Assembly (NCBI RefSeq): GCF_009914755.1
Contig: NC_060928.1
DNA: 64,000 bases
Reading direction: 5' to 3' (one strand)
Source: the human T2T-CHM13v2.0 reference genome, Homo sapiens
The notes beneath the pieces were generated by a model. It saw only the letters and a list, made by a program, of their open reading frames with translations, was not told the DNA's origin and did not search any database. The stretch's first letter is position 1, and each line of letters opens with the position of its first letter. Below, piece by piece: positions 13,751 through 29,440 of this stretch. The position numbers and the translations under genes are program-made.

Positions 13751-16700
13751 ATTTCTTTGAGCAGTGTTTTGTAATTCTCATTGCAAATATCTTTTACCTC
13801 CCTAGTTAGTTGTGTTCCCAGGTATTTTCTTCCTTTTGTGGCAATTGTGAATGGGATTGCCTTTCTGATTTGGCTCTTGATTTGACTGTTGTTGGTGTAT
13901 AGGAATGATAGTGATTTTTGTATATTGGCTTTGTATCTTTCAACTTTGCCGAAGTTGTTTATCAGCTCGAGGAGCTCTTGGGCCGAGACTGTAGGGTTTT
14001 CTAGATAAGAATCCTGTCTGCAAATAGAGATAGCTTGACTTCCTCTCTTCCTGTTTGGATATCCTTTATTTCTTTCTCTTGCCTGATTGCTCTGGCTAGG
14101 ACTGCCAATACTATATTGAACAGAAATGGTGAGAGAGGGCATCCTTGTCTTGTGTTGGTTTTCAAGGGGGAATGCTTCCAGCTTTTGCCCATTCAGTATA
14201 ATGCTGGCTGTGGGTCTGTCATAGATGGCTCTTATTATTGTGAGTCATGTTCCTTCAATACCTGTTTTATTGAGAGTTTTTAACATGAAGGGTGTTGAAT
14301 TTTATCAAAAGCCTTTTCTGTGTTTATTGGCATAATCATGTGGTTTTTGTCTTTAATTCTATTTATGTGACAAATCACATTTATTGATTTGCATGTATTG
14401 AACCAACCTTGCATCCCAAGGATGAAGACTACTTGATGATGGTGGATTAGCTTTTTGATGTGCTGCTGGATTCAGTTTGCCAATATTTTGTTGAGGATTT
14501 TTCATTGATGTTCATCAAAGATAATGGCCTGAACTTTTCTTTTTTGGTTGTGTCTCTGTCAGATTTTGGTATCAAGTAGATGTTGGCCTCATAGAATGAG
14601 TTGGGGAGGAGTCTCTCCTCCTCAATTTTTTGGAATAGTTTCTGTAGGAATGCTACCATCCCTTCTCTGTACATCTTGTATAATTTGGCTCTGAATCCAT
14701 TAGGTCCCCGGCTTTTTTTGGTTGGTAGGCTATTTATTACTGATTCAATTTTGGAGCTTGTTATTGCTCTGTTCAGAGAATCAATTTCTTCCTTGCTCAG
14801 TCTCAGGAGGGTGTATGTGTCCAGGAATTTAACCTTATCTTCTAGGTTTTCTAGTTTATGTGTGTAGAGGTGTTCAGAGTAGTTTCTGATCATTGTTTTT
14901 ATTTCTGTGCGGTTGGTAGTAACATTGCTTTAGTCATTTCTAATTGTGTTTATTTGGATCTTCTCTCTTTTCTTCTTTATTAATCTAGCTACTGGCCTAT
15001 CTATTGTATTATTTTTTTCAAAAAACCAAGTCCTGGTTTTGTTGATCTTTTGAATGGTTTTTCATGTCTCTATATCCTTTAATTCTGCTAGCTTTGGGGT
15101 GGATTTGTTCATGCTTCTCTAATTCTTTCAGCTGTGAAGTTAGGTTGTTAATTTAAGATCTTCCTATCATGTGATATGGGCATTTAGTGCTATAAATTTC
15201 CCTCTTAACAGAGAAGACACAAACAAATGGAAAAACATCCCAAGCTCACGGATAGGAAGAATCAGTATGACTAAAATGACTACACTTCCCAAAGTAATTA
15301 TAGATTCAATGCTATTCCTACCAAACGACAAATGACATCCTTCAAAGAACTAGGAAAAACTGTTTTAAAATTCACATAGAACATAAAAGAGCCCAAATAG
15401 CTGAGGCAATCCTAAGCAAAAAGAGAAAAGCTGAAGGCATCTTGTTACCTGACTTCAAACTATACTACAAGGCTACTGTAACCAAAACCGCAAGGTACTG
15501 GTAAAAAACAGGCACATAGACCAATGGAAAGGAATAGACAGCCCAGAAATAAGGCCACACATCTACGATCTGATTTTTGACAAAGCTGACAAAAACAAGC
15601 GATGGTAAAAGACTCCCTGTTCAATAAATGGTGCTGAGATAACTGGCTAGCCATATGTGGAAGACTGAAACTGAACCCCTTCCTTTTACCATGTACAAAA
15701 ATCAACTCAAGATGGATTTTAAAGACATAAATGTAAAACCCAAAACTATAAAAATCCTGGAAGATAACCTAGGCACTACCATCCTGGACATAGAAACAGG
15801 CAAAGATTTTATGACAAAGACACCAAAATTAATCACAACAAAAACAAAAATTGACGAATGGGATCTAATTAAACTTAAGAGCTTCTGCATAGCAAAAGAA
15901 ACATCAACAGTGTAAACAGACAACTTACAGAATGGGAGAAAATATTTGCAAACTATGAGTCCAACAAAGGTCTAATATCCAGCATCTATAAGGAACTTAA
16001 ACAAATTTACAAGAGAAAAATAACCCCATTAAAATGTGATCAAAGGACATGAACAGATACTTCTCAAAAGAAGACATACATGCGGCCAACAAGCATATGA
16101 AAAAAAGCTCTATATCACTGATCATTAGGAAATGCAAATCAAAACCACAATGAGACACCATCTCACGCCAGTCAGAATGGATATTAATAAAAAGCCAAAA
16201 AAATAACAGATGCCAGCAAGGTTGTGGAGAAAAGGGAACACTTATACATTATTAGTGGGAGTGTGAATTAGTTGAATCATTATGGAAAGCAGTATGGTGA
16301 TTCTTCAAAGAGCTAAAAGCAGAACTACCATTTGACCCAGCAATCCCACTACTGGGTAAATACCCAGAGGAATATAAATCATTCTACCGTAAAGGTACAT
16401 GCATGTGAATGTTCATTGTGGCACCATTCACAACAGCAAAGACATAGAATCACCTAAATGCCCATCAATGACAGATTAGATAAGGAAAAAGTGGTATATA
16501 TACATCATGGGATACTATGCAGCCATAAAAAATGAGATTGTGTATTTTGTGGGAATGTGGATGGAGCTATTATCCTTAGCAAACTAATGCGGAACAGAAA
16601 TCCAGATAACAACTGTTCTCACTTATAAATGGGAGCTAAATGATAAGAGCTTATGAACACAAAGGAAACAGCAGACACTGGGGTCCACTTGATCAGGGAG

Positions 16701-16838
16701 GGTGGGAGGAGGGATGGGAGCAGAAAAGATAACTGTGGGTACTGAGCTTAATACCCGGGCCATGAAATAATCTGTATAACAAATCCTAAAACACAGGTTC
16801 CCTATGCAACAAACCTTCACATGCACCCCCAAACCTAA
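13751..16838 (+). mobile_element. 5'-inverted (twin-primed) L1PA13-15-like element: 13751-15208 antisense, 15209-16838 sense
   Basis: The inverted arm ends '..aaaacactgctcaaagaaat' and the sense arm begins with the next ORF2 bases 'cagagaagacacaaac'. Target duplication gattattctg (13741-50) / gataattctg (17050-59). Confidence 0.9.
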
Positions 16839-17049
<211 letters not shown>

Positions 17050-18282
17050 GATAATTCTGTACGGATATGACCTAATCAGGTGAGCCTTTTGAAAAAGGTC
17101 TAGAAGTAAGAGCAAAAACTGTCTCCATTGATAGTTTTGAAGAAGCAAGCTTTGTCAAGAATTAGACAATTACAAAGAAATTAGCTCTGCCAAAAATGTA
17201 AAGAGCTTGGAAAGGAATCCATTCCTAGTCAAGCCCCTGGATGAGAACACAGCCTGTCCAACACCTTAATTTCAGCCTGTGAGTCCCTAAAAAAAGAATA
17301 TAATTAAGCCATTCTCTAACTTCTGACCTATAGAAACTGTAAAATAACAAACATATATTGTTTTAAACCACTAAATTTGCAGTAATGTGTTACACAACAA
17401 CTGCAAATGAATACATCAAGTAATTTGAAAGATGTGGAGAAACTGGGTCTCTCATATCAGGGACTGGTAAACCGATACAACCATTTTGGAAAACGATTTG
17501 GCAGTAGCTATTAATGCCAAACATATACATGAATGCTTTGACTCCACAGCTTAATTCCTAAGTATACATAAAACTCAAACCCATGCATATCCTTACCACA
17601 AAACATATACAACAATGTTCCTAAGAGTTCTGTTCGCAAAGCCAGTACTGAGACCTACCAATTATCTCTAATCTGCATAGGAGATATATAAATGTGTTAT
17701 AGTAATCTACAGGAATGCTTTATAGCAATAAAAATAAAAGAATTTTAACTACACATAACAATCAATGAACAAGATGGATCTCGTACATATAGCGTAAAAT
17801 GAAAAACAGCTGACAGGAAAGATTACACACTTTATTATTTAACTTATGTAAAGCTAAAGGGAAATCAGTTTCTGACACTATAACCCCACAGTGATGACTC
17901 CTTATGGAAGCAGTGACTGGAAAATGCACGAAAGGGGCTTTTAAGGTTCTAAAAATGTGAGATATACTTTTTCTTAACCTGGATGATAGTTTACTTTTGA
18001 AAAATTTATGAATTTGTGCACTAATGACTTGTGCACAATATATGTATATTATTCTTCCATAAAAGCTTACTTAAACATTAGTGTAATGATTCTGTTTACT
18101 TCTGTGTATCTCATAAACAGATATGTCTGAATGTTTCATGAGGAATCTGTAGAGATATACCAGTTCCTGTGACTTTATTTGTAAGTAATTTTTCAGCTTC
18201 TGAAAGAGAACATGAAGATAAATTTGGGGGTGGCTGTCAAGATCTCTAAATAGTATACAGTTTTAATAACACCATCAAATTA

Positions 18283-18771
<489 letters not shown>

Positions 18772-19600
18772 TTAAATGAATATTAACCAGTGTTAATCAG
18801 ACTGTGGGCAAACAGGTATGCTCCACCTTTACTGCTGGCAATGTAAATTATTCGACTTGTTTGAAGAATAGCTTGCATATTATTAACCTAGCAATTCAAA
18901 TTCTGAAAATTTATAATATAATCAGAGCCATATTTTAAGAAGCATATAATATATGCATATTACTGACATCAATAGTTGAAAATACTAGAAAATATCATAG
19001 AGAACATATTACCTTCTCAGTAGCTGATACAAACTTTCCTTTGTAGGGAGAGAGTCAACTTTGTTGAAAAGATGCAACTGAAATGAAAGAGTAGAGACAT
19101 TTTTGTCATGTGAATATTCATTTGACCACACACAAGTTATTGAAAATATTATTTTTAAGCTTAATATCCAGAATATGTGTACTCCATTTAAATACTGGTA
19201 GAGAATTTATAAGCTACTGATATGCGTTATACAGAAAAGAAAAACATTTTCCTGAAAATCTCTTGGAAAGTTAAGAAGAGTGGAGTTGAAACAAAACGAT
19301 ACAATAAAAATACTTTATTAATATCTTCAAGGAATTTTTCAGTTTCATTAATCTTGCTTTGTTTAGCATAAGTTAATAATTGACCTAGTTTTAAACAATA
19401 ATATTAAAAGCTTTGAAATTTTAAGACCATCCTTTCTACCTACATCCCTACTCAGCAGGGAACAGAAAGTCTATGAAAATCTCTCCCATTGTTGTCACAT
19501 TTGCAAATACATTTAAAAGCATTTTTACTATGCTGCAATAAAGCTGATATATGAGGGGGTCTTCAAAAAGTTCATGGAAAATGTGTATTATAAAAAAACA

Positions 19601-20244
<644 letters not shown>

Positions 20245-20802
20245 TCAATTTTTTGCACCAAAATAACTTGTACAAGTTATTGTTATCACATTTCTGAACA
20301 GGATCTAGTTTGAAGCACTAAGAAGAAAAAGACATCAGTGTGAAAACAGCTTCTATCAGGGCAACAGGAATTCTGCTAAAATTGAAGCAAGAACAAACAG
20401 CATATTGATGATGAATCTTAAGTGAAAGAATGGTGAAATCCCTGATGCTTTACAAGAAGATTATTGGGACAATGCCCCCAAAGAAATCAGCAGTTTACAA
20501 ATGAATAACTCATTTTTAGGAAGCGATGAGATAGTGTTGAAGAGGATGAGTACAGCTACAGACCACCCACATCAATTTGTGAGGAAAAAAAATTAATTTT
20601 GGCTGTGCCCTAATTGAAAAGGACCAGTGTTAACAGCAGAAACAATAGCCATCACCATAGACATCTCAATTGGATCAGCTTACACAGTTCTGACTAAAAA
20701 AATTAAAGTTGCGTGAACTCCACTTGATGGATGCCAAAATCTTTGCACCCAGACCAGCTGCAGACAAGACCAGAGTTTTCAATGGAAATTTTAAAGAAGT
20801 GG

Positions 20803-21760
20803 ACACCCAATAGTGGGATTGCTGGGTCAAATGGTAATTCTGTTTTTAGTTCTTTGAGATATCTCTAGACTGTTTTCCATAGAGGTTGAACTAATTTATA
20901 TTCCCACCAATAGCACATAAGCATTCCCTTTTCTCTGCATCCACACCAACATGCGTTGTTTTTTGACTTTTAACAATAGCTGTTCTGAAGATGTAAGATG
21001 ATATCTCAGTGAAGTTTTAATTTGCATTGCTCTGATGATTAGTGATGGTGAGCATTTTTTCATGTGTTTGTTGGCTACTTATATCTCTTCTTTTGAGATG
21101 CCTGTTCAATGCCTTGCCCAGTTTTTAATGGAGTTGTTTGTTTCTTGTTGAGTTGAGTTCCTTGTAGACTCTGGATATTGATCCTTCATCAGAAGGATAA
21201 TTTGCAAATATTTTCTCCCATTATGCATGTTGTTTATTTACTCTGTTGATTATTTCTCTTGTTGTGAAGAAGCATTTTAGTTTAAATCCAATTTTCTATT
21301 TTTATATCAACTCAAAGGAAAACATTATATTATATTAAAAATACACATACATTTATATGTTTATCACAGCACTATTCGCAATAGCAAAGTCATGGAACCA
21401 ACCTAAGTGTCGATCAACAGATAAGTGGATAAAGAAAATGTGGTATATAAACACCATGGAATACTATGCAGCCATTATAAAGAATGAAATCATGTTCTTT
21501 GCAGCAGTAAGGATAGAGCTGGACTCCATTATCCTAAGTAAACTAAGAAACAGAAAATCAAATGCCACATATCCTTACTTATAAGTGGGAGCTAAACAAC
21601 GGATACACATGGATCCACTGGATCCATGGAAATAATAGAATAGTGTACCCATCAATATTTGGGTGATGGGTACACTAGAAGCCCAATCCCCGCTATAAAA
21701 CAATATATACATGTAAAAAATACACACATGTACCCCGCTGAATTTAAATTTAAAAAAATA
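20803..21760 (+). mobile_element. 5'-inverted (twin-primed) L1PB-like 3' fragment inside HSMAR2: ~20803-21305 antisense, ~21306-21760 sense
   Basis: The inverted arm ends 'gcaatcccactattgggtgt' and the sense arm starts with the contiguous 'atc..ccaaaggaaaa'. Degenerate TSD taaagaagtgg / taaacaaatgg. Confidence 0.82.
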
Positions 21761-22453
21761 AACAAATGGGATCAAGATCCTGAAGTAGTTCTTTGAAGAA
21801 TTGTAACAGTAGATGAAACATGGCTTTACCAATATGATCCTGAAGACAAAGCACAATCAAGGCGATGACTAACAAGAGATGGAAGTGGTGCAGTCAAAGC
21901 AAAAGCAGACCAGTCAAAAACAAAGGTCATGGCAATAGTTTTCTGTGATGCTCAAGGCATTTTGTTTGTTGACTTTATGGACGACCAAAGAACAGTAACA
22001 TCTACTTGTTATAAGTGTTTGGAATTAGCCAAAGCTTTAGCAGAAAAATGCCCTAGAAAGCTTTGCTGGGAGTCCCTCTCCATCACCACAATGCACATGC
22101 TCATTTCTCTCATCAAACAAGGGCAATTTTGAGAGAGTTTTAAGGGGAAATCATTAGGCATTCACCTTACAGTCCTGAGTTGGCTCCTTCTGAGTTGTTT
22201 TTGTTTTCTAATATGAAAACAACTTTCAATGGGCCCTCATTTTTCTCTGTTAATAATGTAAAAAGGAGTCCATTGACATGTAGAATTCTCAGGACCCTCG
22301 GCTCTTTAGGAATGGAATAAATGACTGATATCATCACTACAAAAAGCATCTTGAACTTGATGGAGCTTATGTTGAGAAGTAAAGTTATATTTTTTTTATT
22401 TTTATCTTTTAATTTCAGTTTCCATGAACTTTTTGAAGTCCTCTTGTATTTAA

Positions 22454-22486
22454 ACACACACACACACACAAACACAAACACACACA
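22454..22486. repeat. (CA)n microsatellite
   Basis: acacacacacacacac with interruptions. Confidence 0.9.
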
Positions 22487-24969
22487 TTGAGGCAGCTTCT
22501 GAAATATCTTTTAAAAAAACTGATATACGAAGATTCTCCCTAGATATAAAAGTAGAATATTTTCTGCATGTGTTAGAGGTTTTATGTTAGATATGGTATC
22601 ATTAATTTAAATTTTCCAAGTTGTGTGTGAGTTGAAACTATAAAATAAAGTTTAAAAAACGCATTCTCCTTAGTATTTCCTTTAAGATATGTGTGTGAGG
22701 GAATAATATGTGAATCACTATCGCTAAGGAGTAATCATGTTGTGATGTACTGAAAAATCCAACTAATTATTCATAGCTCCAGTTTGTCAGAAAGTAACTT
22801 AAGAGGACTATTGTTAAATAGAACTGTTCAATCACTTATTGTCTTCACTGTAGAAGGCACGCTTGTACTGGCTGAGAAATAATTGAACAGATTGCCAGAC
22901 ACCGTAAGTGATGTCTTCAAAGGATGAACTCTAAGGATAAATTCTTTCACTCTTTCTCCTTCTAGGCCCCAGTTTCTTTATAAACCAAATATATGTATAA
23001 AGTACTTTCATCACTTATTTGCCAAAGATATTTTATTATTTATTCTATGAAATATTATTAAACACTCTGTTTATTATTAAACTGTATGTTGTAATGAAAA
23101 GGCATAGGCTCCCTTAGGATAAAATAATTTTCATGACAAACACAGTCAAGTTGAAAAAGAGAAATAGTCACTAAATCTATCTTATGCTAGTTTATAACTC
23201 TGACTAGAGACACAGTAAAGATAGACAAATGGTCACTAAATCTTGTTAACAAATTAATCACTCTCACCCAGTATGAATTGTCTTTCCTCCTAGGTTTTAC
23301 CTTAACAGGATAGAGTGTTGGGTTCATAAATTTGATAAATCTTGTCCTGAGAGCAAATATCTGCCAAGATTTCAAGAAAATGTTATAAATGAAGTATATA
23401 AATAAGCAATACAAGTGTGCAAAAGTAGACAAAGATTAAAGATATGCATTTGTATTATGGATAATTTACACTAAAAATAGCTTGCTGGCCAAGTGAAAAA
23501 GAACACAAACATAACCCCACTGTTTTTTACTTTTTCTCAAGAAAGGTAATGAGCTACTAAATGTCACCAGAGTTCCACAGTGCCAATGTACTGAATTAAT
23601 GAAAGCTGCTAGTTTGAAAGGGTAGTTATTTTACTAAGCAATTTGGAGAGCTCTATTTTTCATTCTCTTCCCTATTTTGAAATAAAACAAAATGAATTGA
23701 TTGTTGTTCAGTACATTCTAGTTACAGCTTGTTATATTATTAATGACAGGAACACATTAAATCATTTCCTGATTGCATCAGAAGCTACAAAGAAAAGGAT
23801 AGATTGAGCTCACGTTATTTTTCAAATATTGTAATGTTCTTGGCCCCTTGAGCCACATATTGATATTAAGATGTGATTTAAGCTTTCCTCTTTAGTTACA
23901 AAAAAAGAAGAAAACGGAAGAGTCTAGACTTTATTAAACTTCTCTACATTCAACCTCTTTCAAAACAGTTTGAAATTGAGCAACATTCTGTTTGTTAAAG
24001 ATTTAGAACTCTTGAAACTTTTTTCATTAAGTCTAGCTTTCTCCCTTGAAAATAAATATAGATATTTCTTAAATTAAGAATCAAAATGTAATGCAGTCAT
24101 GATTTGCTAAATATGACCATTTTTGTTGTTGGTGGTGGACAATGATCAATCACTAATCATTTACAAAACAGCATTAAATGCCAATGTTTCAATCCCTATA
24201 TAAGGTATCATGAGAAAATATAAAGACAAAGATATAAAATATTAAAAATTTTTTAAATCTCAGAAGCTAGAAAGAAAAGAAATAGCAGATGTGTAGTTTG
24301 TATAAAGTATAACTCTTTTTATCTTTAGAAATAAATAATCTTCTACACAAAGCCAGCATTCTAAATTTTTTTTACTTCTTGGTATTTTAAATCGACTTTT
24401 ATCTTTCAACTTTCCAAAGACATCTATTTTGTATGTGAATATTTATATTGGTGAATCTAGCTTCAATTATGAATACACTCAGGTAGCATTATGGAGATGC
24501 ATAGAAGGATGAAACTTAAGCTTTCTCTCTTTCTCTTTTTCCCCTCTGTTCTGTTTTAGTTACTTTTTTACTTTATTAATGTATAAAAAAATTTAATTTT
24601 ACTTAATCTGTCAGACAAGAGAGTAGCTTTGCACAAAAAGATCCTTTTCAGTAATTAAACTTAGTAGGAGTTTTAACCTGTATTACACGTCCCTGAGTTA
24701 AGGGATATTTTAAATGTCTACCGATATCTAAAGGGTTTTCCCAAGTGAAAAAAAAATGAGTGGGTATAAGCTAGAGAGGCAGTTTTATACAAAAAATTAT
24801 GATTTTCTAATAAATTAAGCCTTTCAATAATGAAATAGACTATTTTGAAAAACTTCTCATTGTTGAGTTTATTAAGCAAAGGCACATTTGAAATATTTTA
24901 GCGAAACAGTCAAGGACATCAGAGGTATCCTTAGGGAAAGGATAAGAGAGTTGAATGTCTTCTTTATCA

Positions 24970-24996
24970 AATCTAATTCTAATTCTAATTCTAATC
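24970..24996. repeat. (TCTAAT)n short tandem repeat
   Basis: tctaattctaattctaattctaat. Confidence 0.85.
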
Positions 24997-26129
24997 TTAA
25001 CAGATTTATAGAAAAGGCTCTTGAGTAGAATTTGGAATAAATAAAATAGTCAAGAAAATGTATCTTCTATAAAAGCTTATAACCAACTAAACAAATGAGC
25101 AAAAGGCAATAGAAAAGTAGAGCCACAGGATAAACACCCTACTATCCTTTGAAGAGATATGTAGTGAAGAGAAACTTGACATAAAGAATTTATTAAGAAG
25201 TAGCCAGTAAAAAATATGCATCCAGCAGGGACTCAAGATTAGATGAACGTACCAAAAAGAGATAAAATCCTTGCCCTTAAAGAAATGAACATGATCCTGA
25301 ACAGGCACAGAAATGCCAGCATTGTTGCAGTTATGGTTGAGATTAACATGTGTTAGCCCAGAGGTTACATGTGCTATAACTCTTTCTTTAGAGTGAGTGC
25401 AATGGTCAGGGGTCAGTTTACTGACCTACCAACACATGCTATCAATAACTCAGAAAGAAAACAGATCAAAACCTCATCTGTGTTTTCTTATGTGCAATTG
25501 GTCATTATATCTACAATAGCTGGGAATTAGTTGTACTAACTGTGGCTGGAGTAAGCATGACAGTGACATCTTTCCTAGGACTAGTGTTAGTCTTCCCTCC
25601 TCCAAGACAGCCTTCTCCCCTCTACCTTTAGGAGTAAAACATGAACACTTTACATAGCCCGCCAAATAGGATCCTGTGTCTCTGAACACATCATTTGTCC
25701 TGTTTTTTTTGTCTCTCCTCTTGAGGTTCAACTCTTTGGAAGGATTTTTTAAAACATCTTACTAATGACATTAGGACTTAAAGAAGAGTAAACATGCTGC
25801 TGCATGCTGCATTTCACACCTGCATTATTGCATTTGCTAGGACCCCAAATTATAATAGTTATAACTACAAAACAAGAAAACCATTTCTATCCTATAGGGA
25901 GTTTATCAACATAGAATTTCAGGTCCTCTAAATGGTTTCTCATTAAATAGTAAATACAGCTAGCATGGTAAGTAGTAGGAAAACCTTACTGTCAGTATTT
26001 GAGAACAAAGCAAGGTTTTTTCACAACTATATGCAATATATTTAGTGTGAAAGGTTATCATAGAATATGGAAGAATATTATACTGACTGTTTTCCGCTTT
26101 TCAGAGTACCATCATCGACAGAAGCAAAA

Positions 26130-26372
26130 GTCCTTATCTGCTGAAATCTTTATTGACATACTTAAGTGGCGAAATAATATGTCAGGGTTTTACTTTAAAA
26201 TACTTCAGGATCAAAAACAGAGGGAAAATAGAGAAAGGTAAATGAAACAAAAATTATTCACAGTGGTGATTGTTTAACCTGGGTAATGACAACCCATGAA
26301 TTCATAGTACTATTCTCTCCACTCTGTATGTCTAAATGTTTCCATAATCAACAAATAAAAACAAAAAATAAA
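26130..26372 (+). mobile_element. Ancient L1M 3' end fragment
   Basis: 'tttactttaaaatacttcag...ctgggtaatg..tactattctctccact..atgtttccataat' plus A-rich tail. Confidence 0.6.
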
Positions 26373-27509
26373 CAAAATATTAATCTCTTTTTTTCTTTAA
26401 TTCTCTCTCTTTTAGCTTACTCATTGGAATTCTAAGGACAGCTCCAGTTAACATGAAAGTAAAAATAAAAACCCAGAAAACCTTTTGGACAGATTACAAC
26501 AAAGAAGAATTCTGATACCTCTTGTAGATTCATTTTCCACCCCAAAGATTAGGTAACAAAGGAGATGTGGGAGAGAAAGAAACAAAATGGGAGAGAAATT
26601 GAGATAAGAGAGGACCATGTGAAGGAGGTGGAGTATTTAAAGTGGAAAGGAGGAAAATAACCTGAACTCTTAACTGCTCTTGAAAGTTCACTCTGTCTTC
26701 ACTCCAGCTCTATTGACTGATTACCTGTAGCCCACTTGCTATTCAACAGTCTTTATCAAAGACAGATCACTTGGATACTTTTGTATGAGTGGTGTCACAA
26801 AAAGACATCTTGAGCCACCAAATAAGGTGCAATATACAAACCAGAAGTCCCATTCAGCCCAGTATTTGTTCTCAAATGTCATAAATGCTGTGGACAAGAA
26901 ACTTTGCACAACCAGAATGTTTTATTTCTTTCTTACATAACTGAAAAGTAATTTGCTTTGAGAAAACATTGAAGCTTAACTGCACATTTTAATGCAATGA
27001 GGAAAAGACACATTTTAAAGGAATAAGAAATTCAAGTGAGAGGCAATCATATTTCTCATTATATTCATTTTAAACAAGAGATTACTAAGTATTTTAAATT
27101 CCACAATTAGTATAATTACTAAAAGAAGTTGCACATGTTATATTTTGAGAGCTGAAGAATCCCAGATACCATCTTATCTTCAGCCTGGTTTTCAGGTAGA
27201 ACCACTTGTAGATTTTGCCATGTTTTAATGTACTTATTTACCTTCTTTTACTAAAATGGGTGAAATGTGCATTTAATTAAAGACAATCACATTATAGGAA
27301 TATACACTTATAAACAAGAGTAAAAAGCAAAACTTCAGTGCAAACCCAGAACTTGAATAAGTAACACAGCAAACTCATATTTTTATGGTTACTTAATTTC
27401 CTAATTTACAGGAGATGTGTTTTCATTTTAGCATACTTTGAAGGAAAAAAATCTGGATCAGGGAAAGTCAAGTATTTATTTTTGGACACATTGAACTATA
27501 ACATATTAT

Positions 27510-27735
27510 AATAATAATTGACATTCATTAAATATCTCCTATGTGTAAGATTTACTTACTTTACGTAGATCATGATGCAATCATTATAACAACTCTGTGA
27601 ATAGATGCTATTATAAACAGATACTTGCAGATGGCTAAGACTTAAAGTGATTTATAAACTTCTAAAGTCACAATACTAATAAGTGGGAGAGTTAGAATTA
27701 CCAGGTTGTATAACTTTAAAGACATTATTCTATAG
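27510..27735 (-). mobile_element. MIR
   Basis: 'aacaactctgtgaatagatgctattata..cagatggctaagactta..aagtcacaatactaataagtgg'. Confidence 0.6.
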
Positions 27736-28494
27736 CACCTATCAGCTGTCAGTATAACTGTTATAAACTTACAGCTACAGAACTGAACATACTTGCTTCC
27801 CTGGACCGATGAACAATTTAGTCAACCAATTCCTCATGAAGGGAAAATTTACACCTTCCTATCCCAGTCCTTCAGGAGAAAAAGATACTGTTTGAGGAAT
27901 CAGCTAGGTGCAGAGTTAGTGACACTACGTAAGTGATTAGTATAGAGAAAGATCATTAGATTTAAGGTTAAAATTTAAAAGAAATTCAGTAGAAGAATTG
28001 TACTGGAGACTAACAGGCTAGTGTTAAGAATATTAACTGGATCAGGTAGAAATATGGTTTCCAATAGGGAAGGCACTCAGACGGTGCTTAGGCCAAAGGG
28101 ATAGTGACACTGAAGTTCAAATGAGAAAAATCTCAGTGTATTGTTTAAATAATTCTAGAGCTAAAGCCTTGTTTACTGGTAAGTTTGATTATCGAATATT
28201 TATTCAGCTCATCATGGTCATATACGCCTACATATACAGTCTATGGAGAATTTAGTAAACACTGTGGTGTATTCCTTTAAGAAACCTTAATCCTTTCATC
28301 CAAAATTTGATTTTATACAAATAGACAGTTATTTAAAGGCACTTATGTTGATGAAGACCAGGATTTAAATTCATTGATATGCTTTTAGTTACAAAAGATC
28401 TATGGTTCTTTAGATCATTAGGATAACACTGGCAACACCTAGAAACAGTAGTATCATGAGATGTAAACACATATTCAATGTGTGCAATCTCCAG

Positions 28495-28830
28495 GCTCAA
28501 ATACTTTGATGCATATGTCAGTTTGAGTCCTCCAAGAAGCAGATGCCAAGATTGGTTATAAAGAATCTCATAGCAGCTCAGAGAACGTTTCAACTGGGCC
28601 CATGGGGAGTCCTCAAGCTACAGCCAGCCATTAGAGGAGTCCCATGTCCTGTAGGAATAGACCTGCACTAGTATCCCCACAGTGCTCAGTTAATTATTGA
28701 GACCACCTGGAGAAAGTGTCACCTCAGCATGAAAGAGTGGTGAATACAGAGAAGCAATGATTGAGGTTGTTGGTCACCTGTGATCCCCAAAGCAAGTGAT
28801 CTGAGCAACACATTTCTATGGCCATTTCCA
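28495..28830 (-). mobile_element. Old ERVL/MaLR LTR fragment (LTR16-like)
   Basis: 'gagtcctccaagaagcagatgccaag...ccagccattagaggagtcccatgtc'. Confidence 0.5.
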
Positions 28831-29239
28831 AACACAGCATTTATTTTGCAATGTATATATTTTTATATAATCATTAAAACCAGTTCTGTTTGTGCTGCTC
28901 AACTTTTCATGGCCCAGTATCTTTCTCTCATTTTCGTAGTTGTGACTAGTTAATTTTTAGCTCTCTGCTAGGAAATGTCAGGTGCAATTGATATCAGAGA
29001 TGAAGAAGCAAATTGGTCATTGACATTTTTATGAAGAAAACTGCCATTTCCACACCCTATGATTGGTTAGGCTTTTCCAGTCATGAACTCAACAATAACA
29101 ACAACAAAATTGTAGAGGAAAAGAAAACAAAAAGCAACATCCTTTTTAATCTATTTGGTAGTGTGCTTTAATTTATCTGCTCAAGAAGAGAGATGGGATT
29201 TACAGTGCCGATTCTGAGATGTCAGATGAGGTATAAAAA

Positions 29240-29440
29240 GGGGTGTGAGGATTTGGATTTAGAAAGGCTTGGGTTTGAATGCCAGCTCAACTGCATTTGA
29301 ATTATGTGACGGGACAACTTCCTTATTATTTTTCTTCACCTAAAGATGAGCATAAAATATTATCATATAGATCTGTCAAGAGGATAAGAAATAATTTATG
29401 TAAAATGGCCCTGGCACAGAATCCATGCTCAATAAACATC
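29240..29440 (+). mobile_element. MIR
   Basis: 'gggtttgaatgccagctc..tgtgacgggacaa..cttcacctaaagatg..ctggcacaga..atgctcaataaa'. Confidence 0.7.

Noticed and set aside
22904-22965. 62-nt intron between a GTAAGT donor and a strong acceptor
   Set aside because: Shorter than nearly all human introns; no other support.
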